This document shows positions 37,876-48,549 of a DNA stretch of 62,851 bases, piece after piece. Below the pieces are notes generated by a model. The model had not been told where the DNA came from and made no database searches. It saw nothing but the letters and a program-made list of their open reading frames with translations. The stretch lies in NCBI GenBank assembly GCA_043721575.1, contig JAYSQM010000081.1, forward strand, positions 1 to 62,851, given 5' to 3'. Each line of letters opens with the position of its first letter. The first letter of the stretch is position 1. This DNA comes from Phycicoccus sp. GTDB taxonomy: Bacteria; Actinomycetota; Actinomycetes; Actinomycetales; Dermatophilaceae. A program made the translations under genes and the position numbers.

Positions 37876-39656
37876 CAGCTCGCTGCGCCGCGCACCTCGG
37901 ACACGACTGCGTCGACGATCTGGTCGACGGGCACCTCACGTCTGTGACCGGTCGCCCGGTCCTTGATCTCGATCGTGCCAGCCTCAAGGCCCTTGCCGAC
38001 GATGACGATGGTCGGCACCCCGATCAGCTCTGCGTCCTTGAACTTCACACCGGGAGAGACCTTCCGACGGTCGTCAAAGATGACCGAGATTCCTTGCGCC
38101 CCAAGGGCGTCAGTGAGCTCCGCCGCCTTGGCAAAGACCTGTTCGTCCTTGCCGGTCGCGACCACGTGGACGTCGGCGGGAGCGATCTCGCGGGGCCACA
38201 CCAGGCCCAGCTCGTCGTGGCATCCCTCTGCGACGGCAGCGACAGCACGACTGACGCCCACTCCGTAGGAACCCATGGTCACGGTCACGAGCTTGCCGTT
38301 CTGGTCCAGGACCTTGAGGTCCAGCGCCTCGGCGAACTTCTTGCCCAGCTGGAAGATGTGGCCCATCTCGATGCCTCGCGCCGACACGAGCGTCCCCGAG
38401 CCGTCGGGGCTCGGGTCGCCGTCGTGCACTGCGGCCGCCTGGATCGTGCCGTCGGCGGTGAAGTCGCGACCGTTGACCAGGTCGATGACGTGGAAGCCGG
38501 GCTTGTCCGCGCCGGTCACCCAGGCCGACCCGTCAGCGATCCGCCCGTCGAGCAGGTAGCGGATGCCTGACGCGTTCCTCTCGCCCAGCACGCCGGGGCC
38601 GATGTAGCCCTTGACCAATGCGGGGTTCTTGGCGAACTCGGCCTCGTCGAAAGCCCCGACCTCAGCGGGGTGCACCGCAGCCCCGAGCCGCTTCGCGTCG
38701 ATCTCACGGTCACCGGGCACGCCGATCGCCAGCGGCTCGCGGGTGCCGTCGGGGTGGACCAGCATGACAAGGACGTTCTTGAGCGTGTCGCCGGCGGCCC
38801 AGGCCCTGCCCGCGCGGGGGTACCTGGCGTTGAGCACCTCGACCAGCGTCTCGATGGTCGGGGTGTCGGGAGTGTCGACGGTTCGGGCCGCCGAAGTTCT
38901 GCTGAAGTCCACCGCGGCCGCTTGCGGCACCACCACGGCCTCGACGTTGGCGGCGTAGTCCCCCTGCGTCGAGCGCACGAACGTGTCCTCGCCGTTCTCC
39001 GCGACGGCGAGGAACTCCTCGGACGCCGAGCCACCCATCGCGCCGGAGTGCGCGGCGACGATGACGTACTTGAAACCCAGGCGGTCGAAGATCTTGATGT
39101 ACGCCTCGCGGTGCGCGTCATAGGAGGCCTGCAGGCCGGCGTCATCCACGTCGAAGGAGTAGGAGTCCTTCATGACGAACTCGCGACCGCGCAGGAGACC
39201 GGCGCGCGGACGTGCCTCGTCGCGATACTTGGTCTGTATCTGGTAGATCGACAGCGGCAGGTCCTTGTAGGAGCCGTAGAGGTCCTTGACCGTCAGAGTG
39301 AACATCTCTTCGTGGGTTGGGCCGAGCAGGTAGTCCGCGCCCTTGCGGTCCTTGAGCCGGAAGATGCTCTCGCCATACTCCGTCCAGCGCCCGGTCACCT
39401 CGAAGGGCTCCCTGGGCAGCAACGCGGGGAAGCTCAGCTCCTGGGCGCCGATGGCGTCCATCTCCTGGCGCACGATGCGCTCGACGTTGCGCAGCACCTT
39501 CAGCCCGAGGGGCAGCCAGGTGTGGATACCGGGGGCGACGCGGCGGATGTAGCCGGCGCGGACCAGCAGTCTGTGGCTGGGCAGCTCCGCATCGGCCGGG
39601 TCCTCGCGCAGGGTTCGCAGGAACAGGGTCGACATGCGCAGGGCCGGCGTTGACAC
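37875..39656 (-). CDS. proS: proline--tRNA ligase
   Basis: Class II motifs ([25 protein letters not shown]) and a bacterial-type insertion domain. GTG 39656 lies 5 nt after GAGGAG; ATG 39635 is the alternative. Confidence 0.95.
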   Translation of the reverse strand: MSTPALRMSTLFLRTLREDPADAELPSHRLLVRAGYIRRVAPGIHTWLPLGLKVLRNVERIVRQEMDAIGAQELSFPALLPREPFEVTGRWTEYGESIFRLKDRKGADYLLGPTHEEMFTLTVKDLYGSYKDLPLSIYQIQTKYRDEARPRAGLLRGREFVMKDSYSFDVDDAGLQASYDAHREAYIKIFDRLGFKYVIVAAHSGAMGGSASEEFLAVAENGEDTFVRSTQGDYAANVEAVVVPQAAAVDFSRTSAARTVDTPDTPTIETLVEVLNARYPRAGRAWAAGDTLKNVLVMLVHPDGTREPLAIGVPGDREIDAKRLGAAVHPAEVGAFDEAEFAKNPALVKGYIGPGVLGERNASGIRYLLDGRIADGSAWVTGADKPGFHVIDLVNGRDFTADGTIQAAAVHDGDPSPDGSGTLVSARGIEMGHIFQLGKKFAEALDLKVLDQNGKLVTVTMGSYGVGVSRAVAAVAEGCHDELGLVWPREIAPADVHVVATGKDEQVFAKAAELTDALGAQGISVIFDDRRKVSPGVKFKDAELIGVPTIVIVGKGLEAGTIEIKDRATGHRREVPVDQIVDAVVSEVRGAAS

Positions 39657-39797
39657 GTGATCTCCTCGGGTCAGGTCGATGAGGTCCAGACACGGGCGCA
39701 CCGGACCCCGTGAGGATATCGGCAGGGAGGGCGACCTGCTCGCGCCGCTGCTTCACGGGGATGGTCTTCGCTGCTTCACGGTGATGATCCTCGTCTT

Positions 39798-40181
39798 TCA
39801 GATCCGTCCCGTGGCCTTGAGCGCCGTGCGGATCAACGGAATCTGCAGTGGCAGCCGCGCGAGCGTGGCGAACTTCTTGCCCCGGCTGCCGGTCCCGCGG
39901 CTGGCCCTCTTGCCCTCGGTCACCGCCATCTGCAGGTTGGCAGGGAAGACCGCCACGAGCAGGGCAGCGCTGGCCCACCCGGCGGCCTTGCGCGTCCGAG
40001 GGTGCAGCAGACCAGCGGCGCAGACCAGCTCGGCGACGCCCGAGGCGTAGACGAGGCCACGGGCCGCCGGCAGCTGTCGCGGCACGATCGTCTCGAAGAC
40101 CTGGGGCCGGACCAGGTGCAGGGTGCCCGAGGTGGCGAACAACGCGACCAGTGCCTGGATGTCCTTCGATGGCAAGCTCAC
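39798..40181 (-). CDS. DoxX-like small membrane protein
   Basis: 127-aa ORF. It has hydrophobic segments, and the pattern HLVRPQVFETIVP...SGVAELVCAAGLL...AVFPANLQMA recalls the DoxX_2 family (from memory). GTGA overlap with the upstream GNAT gene. Confidence 0.55.
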   Translation of the reverse strand: MSLPSKDIQALVALFATSGTLHLVRPQVFETIVPRQLPAARGLVYASGVAELVCAAGLLHPRTRKAAGWASAALLVAVFPANLQMAVTEGKRASRGTGSRGKKFATLARLPLQIPLIRTALKATGRI

Positions 40182-41020
40182 ATCAGGACCGTAGCGAAGC
40201 TCCCAATCTCGGTGAACCCCACCCGCGCATATGTGGCCCGCGCCGGCCCGTTGAAGTCATTGACGTAGAGCGTGACCACCGCAGCGATCTCGGCCCTGAC
40301 CTGCTCGACGACTGCGGCCATGGCTGGCACCGCGAGTCCCCGGCCACGCCACCGCGGCGCCACCCAGACCCCCTGGATCTGTGCGACGCCCATGGCCACC
40401 GAACCGACGTCGGCCTTGAACACCACCTCACCGTCGTCGACCCGCACGAACGTGTGCCCCCGCCTGATCAGGGATGCGATGCCCTGCCGGTAGACCTGCG
40501 CCGAGCCCCAGTACGGCGGGTAGCCGATCTCTTCGGTGAACATGGCCTCAGCGGCCGGCATCACCAGGTCCACCTCGTCGGAGCGAGCCCGACGTACCTG
40601 CGGGTCGCACGGCGTACCCGGTGGGAGTGGGCCGGCAGTGGCCAGAACCGGCTGGTGCGCACGCACGCCGCGCGGCTCCCCCCAGGTGTATCTCAGGTCC
40701 TCCCACAGTGGCAGCACCATGTCGGCGGGTCCGAACAGCGATGAGCAGCGGCTCCGCCATCGGCGCACCTTGGTAGCGAAAGCCGCGAGCGCCTGGACGT
40801 CGCACCCGACGGGGACCAGGTTGGCCGACGCCCAACAGATCGCCTGCAGGTCTGAACCCTCGGCGTAGCCCAGCACTGCGCCGGGAGACGTCGCGAGCGC
40901 GCCCTCAAGGATGCGTGCAGCCACAAAGACATTCGTGCGGGTATCGCGCGCACACAGTTCCAGCGCCTGGTCACGGTCAGCCGTAGTCAGGGCGCGGACA
41001 GGACTCTGGGTGCGCAGCAC
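40178..41020 (-). CDS. GNAT family N-acetyltransferase (DUF4081-type N-terminus)
   Basis: 280-aa ORF. The acetyl-CoA binding region is VAPRWRGRGLAVPAMAAV. It sits downstream of ispG, as the Rv2867c-like gene does (from memory). Confidence 0.75.
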   Translation of the reverse strand: MLRTQSPVRALTTADRDQALELCARDTRTNVFVAARILEGALATSPGAVLGYAEGSDLQAICWASANLVPVGCDVQALAAFATKVRRWRSRCSSLFGPADMVLPLWEDLRYTWGEPRGVRAHQPVLATAGPLPPGTPCDPQVRRARSDEVDLVMPAAEAMFTEEIGYPPYWGSAQVYRQGIASLIRRGHTFVRVDDGEVVFKADVGSVAMGVAQIQGVWVAPRWRGRGLAVPAMAAVVEQVRAEIAAVVTLYVNDFNGPARATYARVGFTEIGSFATVLM

Positions 41021-41082
41021 GCCTCAAGCCTGCACTGTGCTGACAGCCCTGTCGACCGCTTCTGACGAACGGGATGGAGAAG

Positions 41083-42246
41083 TCAGCCGACGGTGACGAT
41101 GGGACCCCTTGTCGTCCCTTCGTCGTCCACCGGCTCGCCCATCTCCTCGGCGATCCGCATGGCCTCTTCGATCAGGGTCTCGACGATCTGGGACTCCGGT
41201 ACCGTCTTGATGATCTTGCCCCTGACGAAAATCTGGCCCTTGCCGTTGCCCGACGCGACACCAAGATCGGCCTCCCGAGCCTCTCCCGGGCCGTTCACGA
41301 CGCAGCCCATGACGGCAACCCGCAGCGGCACCTCGAGGCCTTCGAGGCCCGCCGTCACCTGCTCGGCAAGGGTGTAGACATCGACCTGGGCACGGCCACA
41401 CGAGGGACACGAGACGATCTCCAGCTTGCGCGGGCGCAGGTTCAGCGACTGCAGGATCTGGATGCCCACCTTGACCTCCTCCACCGGTGGGGCCGACAGC
41501 GAGACGCGGATGGTGTCACCAATACCCTTTGCCAGCAACGCTCCGAAGGCCACCGAGGACTTGATGGTCCCTTGGAAGGCGGGGCCGGCCTCGGTCACGC
41601 CGAGGTGCAGCGGCCAGTCGCCGCGGGCGGCCAGCTGCTCGTAGGCCGCGATCATCACGACCGGGTCGTTGTGCTTGACCGAGATCTTGAAGTCGTGGAA
41701 GTCGTGCTCCTCGAACAGGCTCGCCTCCCACACGGCCGACTCGACCAGTGCCTCGGGAGTGGCCTTGCCGTACTTGGCCATCATGCGGGGATCCAGCGAA
41801 CCTGCGTTGACACCGATCCGGATGGAGACACCGGCGTCCTTGGCCGCCCGGGCGATCTGCTTGACCTGGTCGTCGAACTTGCGGATGTTGCCGGGGTTCA
41901 CCCGGACCGCTGCGCAGCCGGCGTCGATCGCGGCGAAGACGTACTTGGGCTGGAAGTGGATGTCCGCGATGACCGGGATCTGGCTGTGCTGGGCGATCTC
42001 GGCCAGGGCGTCGGCGTCGTCCTGGGTGGGACAGGCCACCCGCACGATGTCACATCCGGTTGCGGTCAGCTCGGCGATCTGCTGCAGCGTCGCGTTGATG
42101 TCGGTAGTGGGGGTCGTGCACATCGACTGCACCGAGATGGGGGCATCGCCACCGACATCAACCTTGCCGACCTTGATCTTGCGGGACCTTCGGCGAGCAG
42201 AGACGACCGGAGGCGGCAGGAGCGGCATACCCAGAGAAACCGTCAT
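41083..42246 (-). CDS. ispG: 4-hydroxy-3-methylbut-2-enyl diphosphate synthase
   Basis: Trimmed to ATG 42246 (MTVSLGMP...). Contains [18 protein letters not shown] and the Fe-S cysteines VSCPSCGR. Confidence 0.95.
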   Translation of the reverse strand: MTVSLGMPLLPPPVVSARRRSRKIKVGKVDVGGDAPISVQSMCTTPTTDINATLQQIAELTATGCDIVRVACPTQDDADALAEIAQHSQIPVIADIHFQPKYVFAAIDAGCAAVRVNPGNIRKFDDQVKQIARAAKDAGVSIRIGVNAGSLDPRMMAKYGKATPEALVESAVWEASLFEEHDFHDFKISVKHNDPVVMIAAYEQLAARGDWPLHLGVTEAGPAFQGTIKSSVAFGALLAKGIGDTIRVSLSAPPVEEVKVGIQILQSLNLRPRKLEIVSCPSCGRAQVDVYTLAEQVTAGLEGLEVPLRVAVMGCVVNGPGEAREADLGVASGNGKGQIFVRGKIIKTVPESQIVETLIEEAMRIAEEMGEPVDDEGTTRGPIVTVG

Positions 42247-42267
42247 GGCCCCAGTATCCCCCACCGG

Positions 42268-42326
42268 ACACCGCGGATCGCGCGTCCTGAGCGCCTGGTG
42301 GGCCCACAACGCGCGATCCGCGGTGT
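42268..42326. repeat. 17-bp perfect inverted repeat with a nested 10-bp palindrome (rip-ispG spacer)
   Basis: acaccgcggatcgcgcg (42268-42284) pairs with cgcgcgatccgcggtgt (42310-42326). The 25-nt loop contains gtgggcccac (42298-42307). Confidence 0.9.
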
Positions 42327-42346
42327 TCCGTTGAGAGGGGAAGCGG

Positions 42347-43693
42347 TCAGCCGCCCAGCTTGATCGGGTTGACCACGTCGGCATAGATCAGCAGGGCGGA
42401 CATGCCGATCAGCGCAATCGACACGCCATAGGCCACCGGAAGGGCTTTGGCGACGTCGACATAGCCCGGGTTGGGCCGGCCGCGTAGCTTGGCCACCTGC
42501 CGCTTGATCCCCTCCCACAGCGCCCCCGCGACATGTCCGCCGTCCAGGGGCAGCAGCGGGATGAGGTTGAAGACGAACAGCGCAAGGTTCAGGGACGCAA
42601 TCAGGCTGAGCAGTATGACGAACTTGGAAGAGCCCGACTCACCCACCCCTGAGAGCTGCCCGTCGGCGACCTCGCCGGCCACCATCCCGACACCGACCAC
42701 GGAAATCGGGCCGTTCGGGTCACGCGCTCCGTCGCCGAAGGCTGCCTTGGCGATGCCGACCATCTTCTGCGGGATCCTGAACACGACGCCGGCCGTGCGG
42801 GCGACCTGGTCGCCGATGAGCGCAGGGGCGGCGGCGAGAGGCTGTTTGACGATCTCTGCGCTGGGCGAAAAGCCCATGAACCCAACGCGGTCGGTGAGAA
42901 TCTTGCCGTCAGAACCGACCACGGGGTTGCCGGCGGCGTCGACCCGAGGCACGTCGTTGAGGATCGGCGTCGCCTTCAGGGCCAGTCGCTGACCGCCCCG
43001 CTCGACGACAACGTCGATCCGGCGCCCCCCGTTCGGCCGGATCAGGGCACGAACGTCGTCCCAGGTGCTGACCGGCTGACCGGCCAGGGAGATGACCCGG
43101 TCACCGGGGCGGATACCCGCGACGTTGGCCGGAGCCTGCGGATCCGAAGGCGAGCACGTCGCCGGGGCCGCGCCGTTGGCCGGCACCGTCTGGACGCACT
43201 GCGACACCGCGCTGACGCGGGCCGTGATCTGACCAATACCGTAGAGCGTGAAGATGCCCGTGAGCAGGACGACGGCGATGACCAGGTTCATGGCCGGGCC
43301 CCCGAGCATCACCACGATCTTCCTGGGCACCGAGAGCTTGTAGAACACTCGGTTCTCGTCGCCGGCCTTGACCTGCTCCATGGACTCTTGGCGAGCCTGG
43401 TCCATCAGCTGGGAGAAGCGGCCGGTGCTGGACGCGCGCAGGATCGAGGGGTCCGCGCCGGCCTTGGGGGGGAACATCCCGATCATCCGGATGTAGCCGC
43501 CGAGCGGAACCGCCTTGAGGCCGTACTCGGTCTCGCCACGTTTGCGCGACCAGATGGTCGGGCCGAAACCGACCATGTACTGGGTGACCTTGACGCCGAA
43601 CTTCTTGGCGGGCAGGAGGTGACCGACCTCGTGCAGTGCGATGGAAGCGCCGACACCGATCACAACGAACAGCACGCCGAGGAAGTACATCAC
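42347..43693 (-). CDS. M50 site-2 protease (RseP/Rip1-like) with a PDZ domain
   Basis: HEVGHLL zinc motif and the [12 protein letters not shown] motif. The PDZ-like segment is [13 protein letters not shown]. Confidence 0.92.
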   Translation of the reverse strand: MMYFLGVLFVVIGVGASIALHEVGHLLPAKKFGVKVTQYMVGFGPTIWSRKRGETEYGLKAVPLGGYIRMIGMFPPKAGADPSILRASSTGRFSQLMDQARQESMEQVKAGDENRVFYKLSVPRKIVVMLGGPAMNLVIAVVLLTGIFTLYGIGQITARVSAVSQCVQTVPANGAAPATCSPSDPQAPANVAGIRPGDRVISLAGQPVSTWDDVRALIRPNGGRRIDVVVERGGQRLALKATPILNDVPRVDAAGNPVVGSDGKILTDRVGFMGFSPSAEIVKQPLAAAPALIGDQVARTAGVVFRIPQKMVGIAKAAFGDGARDPNGPISVVGVGMVAGEVADGQLSGVGESGSSKFVILLSLIASLNLALFVFNLIPLLPLDGGHVAGALWEGIKRQVAKLRGRPNPGYVDVAKALPVAYGVSIALIGMSALLIYADVVNPIKLGG

Positions 43694-44931
43694 GGAACCA
43701 GCGTCTCACTTCCGGCAAGGCCCAGGACCTCATGGGCACGCTTTCGCGCCCAGGTCTCGGCGCGCAGTACGGTGTCAACGTCCAGCAGGGTCGAATCGTT
43801 CTCGGGGTGGTTGCCCCACTCGTCGACCACCTGCGCGACCGTGTCGACGATGTCGAGGAAACGAATGCGCCGGTCAAGGAACGCCTCCACGCACTCCTCG
43901 TTGGCTGCGTTGAAGACCGCTGGGAAGCATGCTCCAGCCGCGCCCACCCGTCTGGCCAGGGCGACGGCCGGGAAGGCGTCCTCGTCCAACGGGAAGAACT
44001 CCCACGTGGCGGCCCCGGTCCAGTCACACGGGCTGGCTGCCCCTTCGACCCGGTCAGGCCAGGCCAGCCCAAGGGCGATCGGCAGACGCATGTCCGGCGG
44101 CGAGGCCTGGGCAAGAGTGGAGCCGTCGATGAACTCCACCATCGAGTGGATGACGGACTGGGGGTGGACGACGACCTCGATGCGCTCGAAGGGGATGTCG
44201 AACAGCAGATGGGCCTCGATGACCTCCAGACCCTTGTTGACCAGCGTTGCCGAGTTGGTCGTGATGACCGGCCCCATGGCCCAGGTCGGGTGGTCAAGGG
44301 CCTGCCTGGGCGTGACGGTCTCGAGCTCGGCCCGACTCCTGCCACGGAAGGGCCCCCCGCTGGCGGTCAGGATGAGTCTGCGCACCTCCTCGGCCCGGCC
44401 CCCGCGCAGGCACTGGGCCAGAGCGCTGTGCTCACTGTCGACAGGGACGATCTGGCCGGGTCTGGCGGCCGCCCTTACCAGCGATCCGCCGACGATCAGG
44501 GACTCCTTGTTGGCCAGGGCAAGGGTGCTACCGGCCCGGAGCGCAGCCAGGGTGGGACGCAACCCGATCGAGCCGGTGATCGCGTTGAGGACCACATCAG
44601 CCCCGCTGGCAGCCAGGTCGGCGTTGGCCTGCGGGCCGACGCAGATGTGCGGTGCGAACCCCTGACGCCCAGCCTCACCCGCCACTTGGTGGATCGCCGC
44701 CGCGACGATGTCGCGCTCCCCCCTGGCCACACCAACCGTCTGGACGCCGAGCGCGACCGCCTGGCGGGCCAGCAGGTCAAGGTTGCCGCCACCGGCGCTG
44801 ATCGCAGTCACCTGGAAGCGCTCGGGATTGGCCGAGACGACCTCGAGAGCCTGGGTGCCGATGGAACCGGTCGATCCCAGAATGACGATACTGCGCGGTG
44901 AGGTCACGGCCCCATTGTCCGTCAAACTCAC
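43690..44931 (-). CDS. dxr: 1-deoxy-D-xylulose 5-phosphate reductoisomerase
   Basis: [18 protein letters not shown] motif and [13 protein letters not shown]. The start is GTG 44931 or GTG 44907. ATGA-type 4-nt overlap with rip. Confidence 0.95.
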   Translation of the reverse strand: MSLTDNGAVTSPRSIVILGSTGSIGTQALEVVSANPERFQVTAISAGGGNLDLLARQAVALGVQTVGVARGERDIVAAAIHQVAGEAGRQGFAPHICVGPQANADLAASGADVVLNAITGSIGLRPTLAALRAGSTLALANKESLIVGGSLVRAAARPGQIVPVDSEHSALAQCLRGGRAEEVRRLILTASGGPFRGRSRAELETVTPRQALDHPTWAMGPVITTNSATLVNKGLEVIEAHLLFDIPFERIEVVVHPQSVIHSMVEFIDGSTLAQASPPDMRLPIALGLAWPDRVEGAASPCDWTGAATWEFFPLDEDAFPAVALARRVGAAGACFPAVFNAANEECVEAFLDRRIRFLDIVDTVAQVVDEWGNHPENDSTLLDVDTVLRAETWARKRAHEVLGLAGSETLVP

Positions 44932-44948
44932 GTGATCCCGTCCAGAAC

Positions 44949-45956
44949 CTAGTCGACGAAGATCCGCTCGTCGATCAGCTGCTCGGTGACCGCTCCACCG
45001 GCCGGTTCGAACCTGCTCTGCTCGAAGCGCTTTCGGAACTCGAGGTCCACCTTGTCCACACCGTTGCGGTTCTTCTCGATGGTCATGACCACCCAGCTGC
45101 GAAAGCGCTCGGCGCTGGCCAGGTTGTAGATCAGGTGATGCCGGGCCACCACGTCGAACTTGTCGTTCAGGATGAGCACGACGTCGGCCTCGTAGGCAAG
45201 AGCCGATGAACCGCGCAGATCCTGGACCCTCATCCGCTTGCCGACGGCCAGGCCGCTCTTGTCGGCCGCGACGATGGCGAGAACAGGGACAGAAAGCTCC
45301 AGCGCCAGATCCTTGAGACCCTCGACGACAACAGTGACCCGATCGTCCTCCGACAGGGGCGCAGCCCCGGCGAAGTGAACCTTCTGCAGGTAGTCGACGA
45401 CGACGAACGGCGTCTGCCCAGTGTCCTCACGGATCGTCTCGATGACCTGTCTCATGGCTTCGACGTCGGTGTCGGATCCGTTGGAACGATGTAGGTGCAG
45501 CCGCCGGGCATAGTCCTGCAGCGCCCTAACCGCCTCGACCCCGCCCTCGGTGCCGCCGAGTCGTCCCTCCAACGTCTGTTCCGAGCTGTGTCGCGCCTCG
45601 AACGCCTGACGGACCCGGTGCAGCGGAACCGCTGTGGGACCGGCGATCTCGGCCGCCTCCATGGCGATCAGCCGCTGGAGCAGAGTGTGGTTGTCGTGCT
45701 CGAACGAGAAGTAGACCGCGCTGTGGCTGGACGCGATGAGGTTGCGCATCACCTGCAGCGCAAACGTGGTCTTGCCCAGACCCTGCGGTCCGCCCAGGAG
45801 CACCAGCTCGCCCGAGCGGAACCCGCCGGTCAGCGCCTTGTCCAAGGCACCGAAGCCGGACGGCCAGACCCTTGCGCCGGCGACTTCACCCGCCTTCAGT
45901 CGGCCGTTGGTCTCCTCCAGAACACTGTGCAGCGACTGCAGCCGCCCTGTCGTCAT
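44949..45956 (-). CDS. DnaB C-terminal-domain-like RecA-fold ATPase (no DnaB N-terminal domain)
   Basis: 335-aa ORF with GFGALD, Walker [16 protein letters not shown], Walker [41 protein letters not shown] and KNRNG. No SD sequence precedes the ATG (CCTCC lies immediately upstream). Confidence 0.8.
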   Translation of the reverse strand: MTTGRLQSLHSVLEETNGRLKAGEVAGARVWPSGFGALDKALTGGFRSGELVLLGGPQGLGKTTFALQVMRNLIASSHSAVYFSFEHDNHTLLQRLIAMEAAEIAGPTAVPLHRVRQAFEARHSSEQTLEGRLGGTEGGVEAVRALQDYARRLHLHRSNGSDTDVEAMRQVIETIREDTGQTPFVVVDYLQKVHFAGAAPLSEDDRVTVVVEGLKDLALELSVPVLAIVAADKSGLAVGKRMRVQDLRGSSALAYEADVVLILNDKFDVVARHHLIYNLASAERFRSWVVMTIEKNRNGVDKVDLEFRKRFEQSRFEPAGGAVTEQLIDERIFVD

Positions 45957-46061
45957 GGAGGCATTGCAGCACGACGCCAGGGCGTTGTGTCAGTGGTTCA
46001 GCCAACTCTGGCCGAACGGCTGATGCTGGGCTGCGCCAGAGAGCCGGGACAGGTCCTGGGG

Positions 46062-47075
46062 TCAGCGACCGTCGAGCAGTGGCTGAGAGGGGTCCCAGGT
46101 GGTACCGTCGCGAGCGTCCTGACGGCGGCGCGCGATTGCCGAAAGCGCCTCCAGTACAACGCGATTGGCCAATGCGGCGGTGATGTCTGCATGGTCATAG
46201 GGTGGGCTGACCTCGACGACGTCGACGCCCACGACAGGCAGCTCGAGGCAGATCCGCCGCACCGAGTCGAGCAGCTCACGAGCAGACAGGCCACCCGGCT
46301 CGGGGGTGCCGGTGCCCGGCGCGTGGCCGGGGTCGCAGACATCGATGTCGACCGAGAGGAACACGCCCTCGCACTCGTCCGTCGCGATGGCGAAGGCCTC
46401 CGTCAGGCACGCCTGCAGCCCACGATGACCGATCTCGGTCATCTCATAGGAGCGCATCCTCTGGCCGGCCATCCAGTCCAACGTCTCCGGCGGCGGCCAG
46501 TAGCCACGCAACCCGATCTGCAGGAACCGGTCGCCGCGCAAGGCCCCGGACTCGATCAGCCGGCGCATCGGCTGGCCATGACCCCACAGGGAGCCGAACT
46601 CGATGTCGCCGGTGTCGGCGTGGGCATCGAAGTGGAGCATCGAGACCCTGCCGTGCCCGAGCACGTTGGCCACGCCCTTGGCGTCAGGAAAGGCAATGGA
46701 GTGGTCGCCACCGAGCACCACTGGTATGGCGCCTGCGCGAGCCACCTTCTCGACGGCTACCTCGAGCGCCGGGAGGGCCTTCTCGATATCGCCGGAGTAC
46801 ATCTCGACGTCCCCGGCATCGACCACCAACAGGTCCACCAGAGCGTCCGTGCGAAGCGCGAGACTCGGGCGCGAGCCGTCGTGCGGCAGGTAGTCGGTCA
46901 TCCGAATTGCCATGGGACCAAAGCGGGCTCCCGGCCGGTGGGAGGTGCCACCGTCAAATGGTGCCCCGAGGATCACGACGTCCGCGTCGGCATACGTCTC
47001 GGGATCGTCGAGGTCGCAACGCGGGACCCCCAGGAACGTGATGTCAGGTCCGAACTGCGGGCCGTAGCGAGTCAT
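46062..47075 (-). CDS. speB: agmatinase / ureohydrolase family
   Basis: GGDHSI, DAHADTGD and SVDIDVCDPGHAPGTGTPEPGG Mn-binding motifs. The substrate (agmatine or another guanidino compound) cannot be resolved by eye. Confidence 0.85.
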   Translation of the reverse strand: MTRYGPQFGPDITFLGVPRCDLDDPETYADADVVILGAPFDGGTSHRPGARFGPMAIRMTDYLPHDGSRPSLALRTDALVDLLVVDAGDVEMYSGDIEKALPALEVAVEKVARAGAIPVVLGGDHSIAFPDAKGVANVLGHGRVSMLHFDAHADTGDIEFGSLWGHGQPMRRLIESGALRGDRFLQIGLRGYWPPPETLDWMAGQRMRSYEMTEIGHRGLQACLTEAFAIATDECEGVFLSVDIDVCDPGHAPGTGTPEPGGLSARELLDSVRRICLELPVVGVDVVEVSPPYDHADITAALANRVVLEALSAIARRRQDARDGTTWDPSQPLLDGR

Positions 47076-47113
47076 GTGACCGATCCTAGTTTCGCGGGAG
47101 AGCCGGCGCGGGC

Positions 47114-48547
47114 TCAGGAGTCGAAGCCAAGTCCCAGCCGGTCCAGTGCCCGAAGCCAGATGTCGCGCCGCCCACCGCGGGCGTCAGCGCGGGCGATGCT
47201 GCGCTTGGTCCTCGCAATCCCCAACCAGCGCAATGGCTCCGGCGGCCAGGGCAGCGGCGGACGCCGCACCATCTCCAGCCTGGTGCGCTCGTTGTCCCGG
47301 CCGGCCAACAGGTCCAGACAGACCTGTGCGCCGAACCGTGACGCGCCGACACCCAAACCGGTGTATCCCAGGACCGCGACGACCTTGCCCCCGAACGCCC
47401 GCTGCCACGAGGCACTGAACCGCGTCGACGTATCGATGGCGCCACCCCAGGTGTGCGTGATCCGCACCCCTGCCAGGCCGGGGAAGGTCGCGAGCATGTG
47501 GCGGTACAGCAGCTGCTCGGTCTGGGGTCGGCGCTGACGTCGCGCCGACAGGTCGGAACCGTAGTAGTAGAGCGCGTCATAGCCGCCGAAGACGAGCCTG
47601 TTGTCGCGGGTCAGGCGGTAGTAGTGGAACTGGTTGCCGCCATCACCGACGCCCTCTCGACCCGCCCAGCCCAGCGAGTCGCGCCGACTCTGGCGGAGCG
47701 GCTCGGTGGCAATGATGTGATCCCACACCGGAACCACGTAGGGGCGGGACCGCCGCAGCGGCGAGGGGAAGACGCCCGTGGCCAGGACCACCTGGCGGGC
47801 GCGCACCGTGCCGGCCGAAGTGGTCAGCGAGACCCGATCTCCCGCCGAACGCAGCCGCTTCACCATGGTTGCCTCGTGGATCCGGCCCCCGGCGCCCTCG
47901 ACGGCATCGGCCAGGCCCCATGCCAGCCGCGCTGGGTTGACCATGGCCACACCTCGACGATCCAGCAACCCGCCCAGATAGGTCGGTGAGCTGACGAGCG
48001 CGCGGGTCTGATCGGCACTCAGCAGCTCGACCTCCTCGCCCAGCTCGCGCATCGTCTTGTGAAGGCCGCGCAGGTCCTCCAGCTGCCAGGGCTCGAGCGC
48101 CACATCGAGCTCTCCGGTGCGCTCGAACTCGCAGTCGATGCCGCGCCCACGGACCGTCGTCTCGATCGCGTCGAGGTTGGCCGCGCCGAGGCGGCGCAAC
48201 AGCGGCATCTCAGTTGGCCAGCGGGCCAGACCGTTACCCACCCCGTGGGTCAGACTGGCTGCACAGAAGCCGCCATTGCGGCCGGTCGCCGCCCACCCCA
48301 GCCGCTCGCCCTCGAGCACCACGACCTCGCGCCCCGGATCTTCCTCCAACGCAAGCAGCGCCGCCCACAGGCCGGTGAACCCTGCGCCGACGATGGCCAG
48401 GTCGACGTCGTGGTCGCCCTGCAGGGCAGCGCGTGGCTCTGGCCGGCGACTGTCGTCCAGCCACAACGGAGTGGAAGAGGCGTGCTCGAGGGCAACCCTG
48501 GCCTCGCGCGACCACAGCAGGGCCGTTCCCAGCGGCAGGGCAGCCAC
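47114..48547 (-). CDS. FAD-dependent oxidoreductase (DAO family, gamma-glutamylputrescine-oxidase-like)
   Basis: Dinucleotide fold DLAIVGAGFTGLW. It is a paralogue of the 56266-57633 product, and the N- and C-terminal regions I compared align by eye. The start is uncertain: GTG 48547 lies 2 nt after the potC stop, and TTG 48466 is the alternative. Confidence 0.8.
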   Translation of the reverse strand: MAALPLGTALLWSREARVALEHASSTPLWLDDSRRPEPRAALQGDHDVDLAIVGAGFTGLWAALLALEEDPGREVVVLEGERLGWAATGRNGGFCAASLTHGVGNGLARWPTEMPLLRRLGAANLDAIETTVRGRGIDCEFERTGELDVALEPWQLEDLRGLHKTMRELGEEVELLSADQTRALVSSPTYLGGLLDRRGVAMVNPARLAWGLADAVEGAGGRIHEATMVKRLRSAGDRVSLTTSAGTVRARQVVLATGVFPSPLRRSRPYVVPVWDHIIATEPLRQSRRDSLGWAGREGVGDGGNQFHYYRLTRDNRLVFGGYDALYYYGSDLSARRQRRPQTEQLLYRHMLATFPGLAGVRITHTWGGAIDTSTRFSASWQRAFGGKVVAVLGYTGLGVGASRFGAQVCLDLLAGRDNERTRLEMVRRPPLPWPPEPLRWLGIARTKRSIARADARGGRRDIWLRALDRLGLGFDS

Positions 48548-48549
48548 GG

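Noticed and set aside
44949-45956. Using the GC dip (about 63 %) as proof that the DnaB-like gene was horizontally acquired.
   Set aside because: Comparable or lower hand-counted values occur in potD (about 57-58 %) and the BNR-like gene (about 60-65 %). Amino-acid composition alone could therefore explain the dip. I kept it only as a weak supporting observation.
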